Shown piece by piece: positions 29,581 through 38,863 of a DNA stretch of 64,000 nt; within the stretch, counting starts at the first letter, position 1; every line of letters starts with the position of its first letter. A program made the position numbers and the translations under genes. Below the pieces are notes generated by a model, which searched no databases, had not been told where the DNA came from, and worked only from the letters and a program-made list of their open reading frames with translations. This stretch comes from Eledone cirrhosa (lineage: Eukaryota): NCBI GenBank assembly GCA_964016885.1, contig OZ024766.1:2356001-2420000 (forward strand), read 5' to 3'.

Positions 29581-29883
29581 CACACAAATATACACACACA
29601 TATATATATACACGCACACACATACATATACACATACATACATACATATATATATATACACACACACAGGTACACATAAATATATGACTGCGTGTATAAA
29701 CATACAAGCGTGTACACAGACTGTAAAATATTTTAGCCCTACGGTCAAGCTTAAACCTTTTCGATATATATATATACATATATATACGTGTGTATATATA
29801 TATATTGTGTATATAAAAATAAAATATTACTCACCATCATAATAATAACATATACGTTTTTTACTGTGTCCTTGCGTGGTCAT
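975..29883 (-). CDS. HDAC1: Class I histone deacetylase (HDAC1/2, Rpd3 ortholog), 14 coding exons, ~476 aa
   Basis: complement(join 29883-29835,17518-17406,16442-16325,15268-15194,14449-14311,14143-14002,12276-12184,11091-10983,10233-10093,8876-8768,7759-7701,6259-6188,4160-4026,1051-975). All introns GT-AG, phases consistent, total 1431 nt. Motifs [37 protein letters not shown] are intact. HDAC1 vs HDAC2 cannot be separated in invertebrates. Confidence 0.95.
1239..3600. repeat. 48-bp minisatellite (~49 copies) with a ~718-bp higher-order duplication
   Basis: Unit ccagtccacactgtaatgtggccgtgtaggtaacacggtaaaaggttg; variant block at ~1950 recurs at ~2669; monomer also inside dispersed element at ~18420-18510. 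Confidence 0.97.
4026..4160 (-). CDS. HDAC1: HDAC exon 13 ([45 protein letters not shown]), 135 nt
   Basis: caacAG / GTAACC; conserved SDSEDEG phospho-motif and basic NLS-like stretch. Confidence 0.93.
4235..5123. repeat. 50-bp minisatellite (~18 copies)
   Basis: Unit ttaacccttccataaccatatttctaatgaaagacactgtcccctatagt. Confidence 0.96.
5490..7160. repeat. Compound (TA)n/(CA)n microsatellite tracts flanking HDAC exon 12 (representative of many such tracts in the window)
   Basis: Direct inspection; similar tracts at 130-600, 21010-22360, 28710-28970, 29420-29670, 32830-33440, 34080-34370, 35925-36238, 41260-41590. Confidence 0.95.
6188..6259 (-). CDS. HDAC1: HDAC exon 12 ([24 protein letters not shown]), 72 nt
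   Basis: gtccAG / GTAAGT; acidic tail with CK2-type Ser site. Confidence 0.93.
7162..7492 (+). mobile_element. tRNA-derived SINE (family 1)
   Basis: A-box TGGCTTAGTGG, B-box GAGTTCAATTC, 3' (ATG)n tail; near-identical copies elsewhere in window. Confidence 0.88.
7701..7759 (-). CDS. HDAC1: HDAC exon 11 ([19 protein letters not shown]), 59 nt
   Basis: acccAG / GTAAGG; conserved PHAPGVQM. Confidence 0.95.
8143..8270 (-). mobile_element. SINE family 1, 5' part, inverted
   Basis: Reverse complement of 7162-7290. Confidence 0.85.
8768..8876 (-). CDS. HDAC1: HDAC exon 10 ([37 protein letters not shown]), 109 nt
   Basis: gcccAG / GTAAGT. Confidence 0.96.
9153..9485 (+). mobile_element. tRNA-derived SINE (family 1)
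   Basis: Near-identical to 7162-7492. Confidence 0.88.
9604..9679 (+). ncRNA. Degenerate type I hammerhead motif
   Basis: 10-bp stem I AUUGCCUUGU/AUGAGGUAAU, core CCGACGA...GAAA, stem III ACC-UCU-GGU, GUA site; stem II AAGACG/CGUCUU with mismatched base. Confidence 0.5.
9830..10042 (-). mobile_element. tRNA-derived SINE (family 2)
   Basis: ggcagtatcggtagagggtcg head ... gaggttaactttgc ... ggccttgtgccaaaagtagaaacaatt tail on minus strand. Confidence 0.75.
10093..10233 (-). CDS. HDAC1: HDAC exon 9 ([47 protein letters not shown]), 141 nt
   Basis: tttccAG / GTAAGT; GGGGY catalytic Tyr. Confidence 0.97.
10367..10865. mobile_element. piggyBac-type MITE with internal 72-bp tandem repeat (~5 copies)
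   Basis: TTAA + CCCTTTAGCATTTA (10371-10384) ... TAAATGCTAAAGGG (10848-10861) + TTAA: perfect 14-bp TIR starting CCC, TTAA target duplication. Confidence 0.85.
10983..11091 (-). CDS. HDAC1: HDAC exon 8 ([36 protein letters not shown]), 109 nt
   Basis: ctgcAG / GTAAGC; GADSL motif. Confidence 0.97.
11362..11666 (-). mobile_element. tRNA-derived SINE (family 1), internal deletion
   Basis: Reverse complement match to 9153-9485. Confidence 0.85.
11700..12130 (-). mobile_element. 3' end fragment of an L1/Tx1-like LINE ORF2
   Basis: Minus-strand reading [37 protein letters not shown].../..FTERW resembles Tx1/L1 ORF2 C-terminus; recognition only, no search run. Confidence 0.5.
12184..12276 (-). 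CDS. HDAC1: HDAC exon 7 ([31 protein letters not shown]), 93 nt
   Basis: ttccAG / GTAAGT. Confidence 0.97.
12380..12568 (+). mobile_element. tRNA-derived SINE (family 2)
   Basis: A/B-box-like TGGCAGTATTGG / GTTCAAATCCC and shared tail. Confidence 0.78.
13478..13995. repeat. 39-bp minisatellite (~13 copies) abutting HDAC exon 6 donor
   Basis: Unit cataaggtcctaacaacagaaacagctccagcccccaga. Confidence 0.96.
14002..14143 (-). CDS. HDAC1: HDAC exon 6 ([47 protein letters not shown]), 142 nt
   Basis: cacAG / GTACGT; Zn-binding DxH motif. Confidence 0.97.
14311..14449 (-). CDS. HDAC1: HDAC exon 5 ([47 protein letters not shown]), 139 nt
   Basis: gtgcAG / GTAAGT; catalytic HH dyad. Confidence 0.97.
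14514..14912. repeat. 50-bp minisatellite (~8 copies), same family as 4235-5123
   Basis: Same unit, begins TTAACCCTT. Confidence 0.95.
15194..15268 (-). CDS. HDAC1: HDAC exon 4 ([25 protein letters not shown]), 75 nt
   Basis: tttccAG / GTAGGT; DCPVF motif. Confidence 0.96.
15935..16318. repeat. ~45-bp minisatellite (~8 copies) abutting HDAC exon 3 donor
   Basis: Unit aaaagcagtctagagattaaagggagagggttaaaaaaagggtct. Confidence 0.93.
16325..16442 (-). CDS. HDAC1: HDAC exon 3 ([39 protein letters not shown]), 118 nt
   Basis: ttccAG / GTAAGT, conserved sequence. Confidence 0.97.
16805..17350 (+). mobile_element. RTE-clade LINE 3' fragment
   Basis: [36 protein letters not shown] motifs. Confidence 0.85.
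17406..17518 (-). CDS. HDAC1: HDAC exon 2 ([38 protein letters not shown]), 113 nt
   Basis: ttccAG acceptor, GTAAGT donor, conserved HDAC motif. Confidence 0.97.
17568..18160 (+). mobile_element. SINE family 1 interrupted by ~270 bp of A/T homopolymer sequence
   Basis: ggcacatggcttagt at 17568, resumes ttgcaatcgaaagg at ~17856. Confidence 0.8.
18715..19845 (-). mobile_element. RTE LINE 3' fragment with internal 80-bp minisatellite (~10 copies)
   Basis: Repeat unit is the [25 protein letters not shown] segment of the RTE ORF. Confidence 0.88.
20255..20630 (+). mobile_element. SINE family 2 plus duplicated tails
   Basis: Same head and tail motifs as 12380-12568. Confidence 0.75.
22770..23345 (-). 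repeat. ~78-bp tandem array (~7 copies) of the SINE family 2 tail
   Basis: Unit aattgtttctacttttggcacaaggccagcaattaccccagtgtattactggtactttattttatc... Confidence 0.9.
23655..23860. repeat. Fold-back palindrome (~70-bp arms), each arm carrying a hammerhead-like core
   Basis: 23655-23728 is the imperfect reverse complement of 23784-23860. Confidence 0.85.
24398..25235. repeat. 48-bp minisatellite (~17 copies) inside a SINE-like element
   Basis: Unit related to 1239-3600; ends in the SINE tail ggttggtgttaggaagggcatccagc. Confidence 0.92.
25545..26205 (-). mobile_element. RTE LINE fragment with ~78-bp repeat (~5 copies)
   Basis: ORF 25934-26152 [21 protein letters not shown]... Confidence 0.85.
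26423..26458 (-). ncRNA. Minimal type I hammerhead ribozyme motif (Penelope-like element type)
   Basis: UCUU-CUGAUGA-A-GGAC(UAGC)GUCC-GAAA-CGUU-AAGA: intact core, 4-bp stem II, palindromic AACGUU stem III, short stem I. Confidence 0.7.
26965..27975 (+). mobile_element. Degenerate non-LTR retrotransposon reverse-transcriptase remnant (RTE/RTE-X-like, distinct family)
   Basis: [13 protein letters not shown] (RT QG motif), FAD-like motif, [18 protein letters not shown]; stops and frameshifts. Confidence 0.85.
28535..28595 (+). ncRNA. Hammerhead ribozyme motif, same family as 36335-36393
   Basis: CUGAUGA-GGACGUACUG..CAGUACCUCC-GAAA-UAUAUA; 3' strand of stem I eroded. Confidence 0.55.
28968..29178. 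mobile_element. Dispersed fold-back repeat (near-perfect ~58-bp arm hairpin); related copies at ~8290-8580, 20640-20780, 22360-22570, 42668-42830
   Basis: gaccccgacggcagagctcaagccgtttcgacggctatttctgga and its reverse complement. Confidence 0.8.
29835..29883 (-). CDS. HDAC1: HDAC coding exon 1 ([17 protein letters not shown]), 49 nt
   Basis: ATG at 29883-29881; typical HDAC1/2 N-terminus K-K/R-x-C-Y-Y-Y-D; donor GTGAGT; not in the ORF track. Confidence 0.92.
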
Positions 29884-30102
29884 CTTTCTGTTGGCTTGTC
29901 CACTCTAATATATATATATGTAGCCTATATAATGTGTCTATATATATATATATTTATATATACATATACACACTCACTATGTATGTATATATATTTATAA
30001 ATTTATACTATCTATCCATGTACCACTTGTCTCTCTAGTAGTAGTTATATATATATATATATATGTGTGTATATGTGAGTGTGTATATATATATATATAT
30101 GT

Positions 30103-30139
<37 letters not shown>

Positions 30140-30329
30140 AAGGTGCGTGTGTATTTAAATTGTACAACCCTCGGCCAGGACAACCAAGCACTGGTGGTAT
30201 ATCTATCTATGTATGTATGTATGTATGTATATCTACCTATATATATATATTTATATATATATATATTAATTAATGTGCTTTTTAAACTTTACAACCAAGC
30301 ACCTGTATACATGTATGTATATATATGTT

Positions 30330-30364
<35 letters not shown>

Positions 30365-30493
30365 CGTGCAACCCTCGTGTGTGTATAATATGTAAGTGAG
30401 AGAGAGAAAGCCACAGCCTAGACACAAAATGTTGAAGGCTGAAATGACAGAGGCCGGAACTGGTTGCTGATACTGCTGATGGTGCTGCTGTTA

Positions 30494-32230
30494 TGGTGGT
30501 GGTGGTGGTGGTGGAGGTGGTAGTGGTGGTAGTGGTGTGGTGGTGGTGGTAGTGGTGGTGGTGTAGTAGTGGTGGTAGTGGTGGTGGAGGTGGTGGTGGA
30601 GGTGGTGGTGGTAGTGGTGGTGGTGGTAGTGGTGGTGGTGGTGGTGATGGTGGTGGTGGTGGTGATGGTGGTGGTGGTAGTGGTGGTGGTGGTGGTGATG
30701 GTGGTGGTGGTGGTAGTGGCGGTGGTGGTGGTGGAGGTGGTAGTGGTGGTGGTAGTGGTGGTGATAGTGGTGGTGGTGGTGGTAGTGGTGGTAGTGGTGG
30801 TGATAGTGGTGGTGGTGGTGGTAGTGGTGGTAGTGGTGGTGATAGTGGTGGTGGTGGTGATAGTGGTGATGGAGGTGGTAGTGGTGGTGGTGGTGGTGGT
30901 GGAGGTGGTGGTGGTAGTGGTGGAGGAGGTGGTAGTGGTGGTGGTAGTGGTGGTGGTGGTGATGGTGGTGGTGGTGGTAGTGGTGGTGGAGGTGGTAGTG
31001 GTGGTGGAGGTGGTAGTGGTGGTGGTGGTAGTGGTGGTGGTGGTGGTGATGGTGGTGGTAGTGGCGGTGGTGGTGGTGGAGGTGGTAGTGGTGGTGGTAG
31101 TGGTGGTGATAGTGGTGGTGGTGGTGGTTGTGGTGGTAGTGGTGGTAGTGGTGGTGATAGTGGTGGTGGTGGTGATAGTGGTGATGGAGGTGGTAGTGGT
31201 GGTGGTGGTAGTGGTGGTGGTGGTGGTAGTGGTGGTGGTGGTGGTAGTAGTGGTGGTGGTGGTGGTGGTGGTGGTGGTGGTGGTGGTGGTAGTGGTGGTA
31301 GTAGTGGTGGTGGTGGAGGTTGTGGTAGTGGTGGTAGTAGTGGTGGTAGTGGTGGTGGTGGTAGTGGTGGTGGAGGTGGTGGTGGTGGTAGTGGTGGAGG
31401 TAGTGGTGGTGGTGGTGGTGGTAGTGGTGGTGGTGGTAGTGGTGGTGGTGATAGTAGTAGTGGTGGTGGTGGTAGTAGTGGTGGTGGTGGTGGTAGTGGT
31501 GGTGGTAGTAGTGGTGGTGGTGGTGGTAGTGGTGGTGGTAGTGGTGGTGGTGGTGGTGGTGGTATGGTAGTGGTGTGGTGGTGGTGGTAGTGGTGGTGGT
31601 AGTAGTGGTGGTAGTAGTGGTGGTGGTGGTAGTGGTGGTGGTAGTGCTAGTGGTGGTGGTATGGTAGTGGTGTGGTGGTGGTATGGTGGTGGTGGTAGTG
31701 GTGGTGGTGGTGGTGGTAGTGGTGGTGGTAGTAGTGGTGGTGGTAGTGGTGGTAGTAGTGGTGGTGGTGGTAGTGGTGGTGGTAGTAGTGGTGGTAGTGG
31801 TGGTGGTGGTGGTGGTGGTGATGGTGGTGGTAGTAGTGGTGGCGGTGGTAGTGGTAGTAGTGGTGGTGGTAGTTTTAGTGGTAGTGGTGGTGGTGGTAGT
31901 AGTAAAGGTGGTTGTTGTGGTAGTAGTGGTGGTGGTAGTAGTGGTTGTGGTAGTAGTGGTGGTGGTGGGGTAGTAGTGGTGGTGGTGGTGGTGGTAGTGG
32001 TGGTATTAGTGGTGGTGGTGGTAGTGGTGGTATTAGTGGTGGTGGTGGTAGTAGTAGTGGTGGTGGTAGTTTTAGTGGTAGTGGTGGTGGTGGTAGTTTT
32101 AGTGGTGCTGGTGATGATAGTAGTGGTGGTGGTTGTAGTGGTGGTAATGGTGATGGTGGTGGTGATGGTTAGTCTAATTGAGGTGGTGTTGGTGGGGGAT
32201 GATGGTGGAGTTGATGGTAATGGTGATGAT
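30494..32230. repeat. ~1.7-kb degenerate (GGT/AGT)n trinucleotide tract
   Basis: Direct inspection; starts ~0.6 kb upstream of the HDAC ATG. Confidence 0.97.
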
Positions 32231-32851
32231 GGTTCTGTTTATTACCGCCACCACCACCATTCCTGCCCCATCTACACCACTACCACCAATACCCCCACCA
32301 CTATACAACTACCACCACCACCATCTCCAGCACAACTACCACCACCACCACCACCACCATACAATACCCCCCCCCCCCCCTTGTCCCTCATCACTACAAA
32401 CGACAGCAGCAGCAGCAACGACAGCAGCCGGCAGCAAATAAATGTATGGAAGCATCGAAAACTCGGTTTTTGACGTCTGCGTTTGTAATTTCTGTTTCTT
32501 TTTCTCTTCTCTGTCTTCACATGGTCGAAATAAACATGTCTTGTCTTTTGTGTTGGGCCGGCTGCCTTTCCTTGTGGCTTCACCCTGTCTTGAGTCCCTC
32601 CCAAATATCCCCACGGCACCAAATAAAACATATATCAATCTTTGTTCTATTAAACGACATATATACATATATATATATATGTATATATATATATTTTATA
32701 TACGTACAGGCCATACTGGGGCACCTCCACCATTATATATATATTTCGCTCCTTTGTGTTGTTATTTCTGTTTACCTTTTACATAACCATGCTGGCGTGG
32801 AAAGTGGACGTTAAACGAAGATGATGATATATACATGTGTGTATATATATA

Positions 32852-32883
<32 letters not shown>

Positions 32884-33395
32884 GTAAATAAATATATAGT
32901 GTATATATATATATGTGTATGTATATATATATGTGTGTGTGTGTATATTTATATAGTAAATAAATAGTGTATATATATATATGTGTGTGTGTATATATAT
33001 ATATATGTGTGTGTATATATATATGTGTGTGTGTGTGTATGTATATATATATACTATGTAGTAAATAAATATATACTATATAGTAAATATATATATATAT
33101 GTGTGTGTGTATATCTATATATGTGTGTGTGTGTATCTATATATGTGTGTCTGTATATATATATATATGTGTGTATGTATATATATATATGTGTGTATGT
33201 ATATATATATATACTATATAGTAAATAAATATATACTATATATATATATACATTTGTGTATATATATATATATATATGTGTGTGTATATCTATATCTATA
33301 TATAAATATATATATACGTACATACACGCACACACAAACATATATGTGTGTGTGTGTGTGTGCGTGTATATCTATATTAATATATAGAGAGAGAG

Positions 33396-33436
<41 letters not shown>

Positions 33437-34142
33437 CATATAAATCGATCACGTAATGCGCACAATATAAGAATAGTCATTATATTAATATTGTATTGGT
33501 ACTTCCCGCTCATTCGAGGTTAACTTTGTCTTTCGTCCTTACGAGATCGATAAAATAAAGTACCAGTAATACACTGAGTCCATTTAACCCCCCCCCCAAT
33601 TGCTGGCCTTGTGCCTTGCATTACTGGTACTTTATTTTACGGGATCGATAAAATAAAGTACCAGTAATACACTGAGTCCATTTAATCCCCCTCCCAATTG
33701 CTGGCCTTGTGCCTTGCATTACTGGTACTTTATTTTACGGGATCGATAAAATAAAGTACCAGTAATACACCGAGTCCATTTAATCCCCCCCCCCCTCCCT
33801 CAATTGCTGGCCTTGTGCCTTGCATTACTGGTACTTTATTTTACGGGATCGATAAAATAATGTACCAGTAATGCACTGGGTTAATTCTTGGCTTTGTGCC
33901 AAAAGTAGAAACGATTTATTAAGGAAGAGGCTCTGTAGCCGGTCCCGGTGAAATAGACTCCCAGGCTATATAGCCGGTAAGAGTGTCAGACAACATTAGT
34001 TGCGGCCCTTTACGGTCTGAGTTAAGACAATTTGAAATCTTTTCCACCATTAATTGTTAAAAAACAAGTTAACGTTAGTTACACACACACACACACATAT
34101 ATATACATACACACACACAGACATATATATATACACACACAC

Positions 34143-34173
<31 letters not shown>

Positions 34174-34198
34174 GACATATATATACATACACACACAC

Positions 34199-34241
<43 letters not shown>

Positions 34242-34278
34242 CATACACACACACAGACATATATATATACACACACAC

Positions 34279-34309
<31 letters not shown>

Positions 34310-34332
34310 GACATATATATATACACACAGAC

Positions 34333-34363
<31 letters not shown>

Positions 34364-34874
34364 TATATATACAGGTAAATACATAGAGATAAAGGAAACA
34401 CAAGTACATACACACATCTACACGTAATACATAAGCAGATACAAGCAACACAAGTACATACACATACACACACACACACATCTACACGTAATACATACAC
34501 ATATAAAGGCAACAGAAGTACACACGCATCTACATGTAATACATAAGCAGATACAGGCAACACAAGTACACACACACACACATCTACACATAAAGGCAAC
34601 ACAAGTACATACACACACACACATCTACACGTAATACATAAGCAGATACAAGCAACACAAGTACATACACACATAAAGGCAACAGAAGTACACATGCATA
34701 CACACACACATCTACACGTAATACATAAGCAGATACAGGCAACACAAGTACATACACATACACACACATCAACACGTAACACATACACACACACACACAT
34801 CTGTGACTGATTGAGGAAGAAAGGAGCTGGTGAAACACTATAGCGATATGTGTGCTGCCTCCCTTTAGGGCAGA

Positions 34875-35646
34875 CATATGGCTCATGAGGCGGGCCACAT
34901 GAGATATGGCTCATGTGGAGGGCCACATGAGATATGGCTCATCATGAGGAGGGCCACATGAGATATGGCTCATCATGAGGAGGGCCACATGAGATATGGC
35001 TCATCATGAGGAGGGCCACATGAGATATGGCTCATCATGAGGAGGGCCACATGAGATATGGCTCATCATGAGGAGGGCCACATGAGATATGGCTCATGAG
35101 GAGGCAGGCCACATGAGATATCGTTCATCAGGAGAGCCACATGAGATGTGGCTCATCATGAGGAGGGCCACATGAGATATGGCTCATCAGGAGGGCCACA
35201 TGAGGCAGGCCACATGAGATATGGCTAATCAGGAGGGCCACATGAGATATCGCTCATCATGAGGCAGGCCACATGATATCGCTCATCATGAGGCAGGCCA
35301 CATGAGATATCGCTCATCATGAGGCAGGCCACATGAGATATCGTTCATCAGGAGAGCCACATGAGATGTGGCTCATCATGAGGAGGGCCACATGAGATAT
35401 GGCTCATCAGGAGGGCCACATGAGGCAGGCCACATGAGATATGGCTAATCAGGAGGGCCACATGAGATATCACTCATCATCAGGCAGGCCACATGAGATA
35501 TCGCTCATCATGAGGCAGGCCACATGATATCGCTCATCATGAGGCAGGCCACATGAGATATCGCTCATCATGAGGCAGGCCACATGAGATATCGCTCATC
35601 ATCAGGCAGGCCACATGAGATATCGCTCATCATCAGGCAGGCCACA
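34875..35646. repeat. ~28-31-bp minisatellite (~26 copies)
   Basis: Unit atgaggagggccacatgagatatggctcatc with internal ATGAG..CTCAT inverted motif. Confidence 0.93.
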
Positions 35647-36015
35647 AGCGCTAATTTATACTAGCAGAAAACCCACCCGCGGGTGGGTTTCCTGCTAGCA
35701 TGTGTAGTGGGTATATTGATATGTAGTTTGGGTGCATCCGGGGCCTTTTGACTAATGGCCTCGGGTGCACCCGCGCTACCCCGATGTCCTGTAATTCTGC
35801 ACTGAAACATCGGTTCAGGATATATTTACAGCTGATGATGGAAACTCCTTCCTTCCTTTCTCCTCCCCTTCCATCCTAAACCTTGTTTTTAGTAACCACA
35901 GCTCCTTTCATTTCATAACTTTTTGTATATATATATGTGTGTATATATATATGTGTATATATATATATATATGTATATATATATGTTTATGTGTATATAT
36001 ATATATGTATATATA

Positions 36016-36054
<39 letters not shown>

Positions 36055-36129
36055 ATATATATATGTGTGTATATATATGTATATATATATATGTATATAT
36101 ATATATGTATATATATATATGTGTGTATG

Positions 36130-36231
<102 letters not shown>

Positions 36232-36334
36232 TATACATGGTAATTCAACAAATATATTTATAACAGATTCGAAGCACTCTACAGCTTTACTGGAGTATAA
36301 TATCAATGATATTATATAAATGGAAACTATATTT

Positions 36335-36393
36335 ATTCTATTATATATATTTCAAGGTTACCAAAACTTCGGTACGTTCTCATCAGATAAAAT
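36335..36393 (-). ncRNA. Minimal hammerhead ribozyme motif
   Basis: AUUUUAU-CUGAUGA-GAACGUACC..GGUAACCUU-GAAA-UAUAUAUA-AUAGAAU; stem II imperfect. Confidence 0.55.
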
Positions 36394-36538
36394 ACAAAAT
36401 TTGTTATATAAATAGTGACATATCCAGGAATGAGACCTTTACAGTTCAAGTTTCGTTTGGATATCCAAATGGAACTTGAACCAATAAGGTTTCATTCCTG
36501 GGTATCTCACTATTTATAAAACAAATTTTGTATTTTGT
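36388..36538. repeat. Palindrome centred on ttggatatccaa (~75-bp arms)
   Basis: Arms are imperfect reverse complements. Confidence 0.85.
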
Positions 36539-36760
36539 ATTTTTGTGAAGGCGTGTGGCCGAGTGGTTAGAGAACTGGATTCGCAATCGTGAGGTTGTGA
36601 GTTCGATTCCTGGACCAGGCGATGCGTTATGTCCTTGAGCAAGACACTTTATTTCACGTTGCTCCTTCTACCTGGAGTTGCGACCGATAGATAGTATTAG
36701 CAATTGGAAAGACCAATGGAAACATTGTTTCCTCGGTCCGATTTGATGAAAGTCGATATG

Positions 36761-36793
<33 letters not shown>

Positions 36794-37001
36794 GCATATG
36801 TATATATATATCCATATATGTGTATATATATATGCATGTATATATATGTACATGTATATATATATATATATGCATATATATATATATGTATTTATATATG
36901 TATTTATAAATATGTATATATGTATATATATATATATATATATATACATATATAAATACATATATATATATATATATATGTGTATAAATATATATATATA
37001 T

Positions 37002-37335
37002 CATCATTTCATTTTACGTTCGCTTTTTCCCTGCTTGCAAGGGTGGGACGGGAACTGATTCTGGCTTGATCTCTACAGCTGGATGCCCTTCCTAACACCA
37101 ACCTCATTTACAGTGAGTGCTGGGTGCTTTTTTGCCGTGGCACCTCCGCGACCACTTTACAGTGGAATGATAGGGACCCCAGTCCCTATCATCTCATTTC
37201 TACAGCTGAGTAAACTGGAGCAATGTGAAATAAAGTGTCTTGCTCAAGGAAACAACACATCACCTGGTCTGAGAATTGAACTCATAACCTTTCGATTGCA
37301 AGGCCAATGCTCTAACCACTAAGCCATGTGCCTCC

Positions 37336-37336
<1 letters not shown>
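37002..37336 (-). mobile_element. tRNA-derived SINE (family 1)
   Basis: Full-length reverse-complement copy. Confidence 0.88.
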
Positions 37337-37393
<57 letters not shown>

Positions 37394-37696
37394 TTATAAT
37401 TACAATTTAGTGTATATATCAACCCAGTCAAAACCATCTCTGGCACCAATTTTAAATGGTTCTTATACAGATTAAAATCTTCCAACAGTTTTCTATAAGA
37501 ACCTTACATTAAGTCACGATGCTGGTAATGAAATAATTATTTTAGTAAACCCCTTCAAAGTTTTTATTAATTAATTAAAACAGTGTATTTAATTATAAAC
37601 ATGGTCATGAAAGTGTTAATGAATCCCTGATTCACAGCATTTATCAACCATTTAATTAAGTAATTAACAAAGTATTTTGCCACACCACTTTTCACC

Positions 37697-38863
37697 TCAT
37701 GAGCAACTCTTGCCCTCTGTTTTAAAAGCCTTCCCTCGAATGTGTGTTAGTTTATGTCGTTTCAAAAGACTGTTAGTAATGTAGGATTTCCCACATATTT
37801 CACAGCTGTATGTGTTTTCTCCTGTGTGTATTTTCTTGTGCTTTATTAAATAACAATTACTAACAAAAGATTTCCCACATATTTCACAGTGATGTGGTTT
37901 TTCTCCACTATGTGTTCTTTTGTGTCTGTTTACATCACTGTTAGAGATAAAAGATTTCCCACATATTTCACAATGGTATGGTTTCTCTCCAGTGTGTATT
38001 CTTTCATGAACTGTGAGACTAGAATTCTGTGTGAAGGTTTTCCCACATATTTCACAACTGAAATGGTTTGCTGTGCTGTGTGTTCTCCGGTGTTGCGCCA
38101 AATTACTGTTACTAACAAAACATTTCTCACATATTTCACAATGATAAGGTTTTTCTCCAGTGTGACTACGTTTATGAATTGTGAGCTTCGATTTCTCAAT
38201 AAAACATTTACCACAAACTTCACAGTCGAATGGCTTCTCTCCGGTGTGAATTCTCCGATGTGTTATTAACACTGCATTAGAGACAAAAGATTTCCCACAT
38301 ATTTCACATTGGAACGGTTTTTCTCCAGTGTGTATTCTTATATGTACTGCAAGATTTGAATTATCGCTGAAAGATTTCTCACATATTTGACAACAGAACG
38401 GTTTTTCACCAGAATGGATCCTTTTGTGAACAAGAAGATTTGTATTATCTGTGAAAGATTTCTCACATATTTCACAGGGAAATGGTTTTTCTCCAGTATG
38501 ACTACGTTTATGGATTAAAAAACGGGATTTCTGAGAGAAATATTTCTCACATATGTCACATTGATAATGTTTTTCTCCAGTGTGTGTTCTTTTGTGTACA
38601 GTTAACTCACTGTTAGTGGGGAAAGATTTCCCACATATTTCACAATGATAGGGTTTGTCTTTAGTATGTATGTGTTTGTGTGTAGATAATTCATCTTCTG
38701 ATGAGAAAGTTTTCCTACAAATCTCACAGCTATATTCAGGAATATTTCTGTGTAATGATCCTTGTTCAGTACATGTTTCACTAGGTAAAGGTTTCTCACC
38801 TCTGTATGTCTGTATAACTGTATCTATATTGGTAGAAATGTCCAAGTGTTTAATGTCCTCCAT
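37697..38863 (-). CDS. C2H2 zinc-finger protein A, 12 tandem fingers, 388 aa, single coding exon
   Basis: 12 CxxC-x12-H-x3-H units, mostly TGEKP linkers; acAG acceptor-like site just upstream of ATG. Confidence 0.93.
   Translation of the reverse strand: MEDIKHLDISTNIDTVIQTYRGEKPLPSETCTEQGSLHRNIPEYSCEICRKTFSSEDELSTHKHIHTKDKPYHCEICGKSFPTNSELTVHKRTHTGEKHYQCDICEKYFSQKSRFLIHKRSHTGEKPFPCEICEKSFTDNTNLLVHKRIHSGEKPFCCQICEKSFSDNSNLAVHIRIHTGEKPFQCEICGKSFVSNAVLITHRRIHTGEKPFDCEVCGKCFIEKSKLTIHKRSHTGEKPYHCEICEKCFVSNSNLAQHRRTHSTANHFSCEICGKTFTQNSSLTVHERIHTGEKPYHCEICGKSFISNSDVNRHKRTHSGEKPHHCEICGKSFVSNCYLIKHKKIHTGENTYSCEICGKSYITNSLLKRHKLTHIRGKAFKTEGKSCS

Noticed and set aside
30569-32473. Poly-Val and Gly/Ser-rich ORFs
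   Set aside because: (GGT)n tract; no splice or domain support
38698-38715. CTGATGA...GAAA words within ZNF genes and at ~35833-35846
   Set aside because: No stem II between the boxes; the ZNF case is antisense of SSEDE codons
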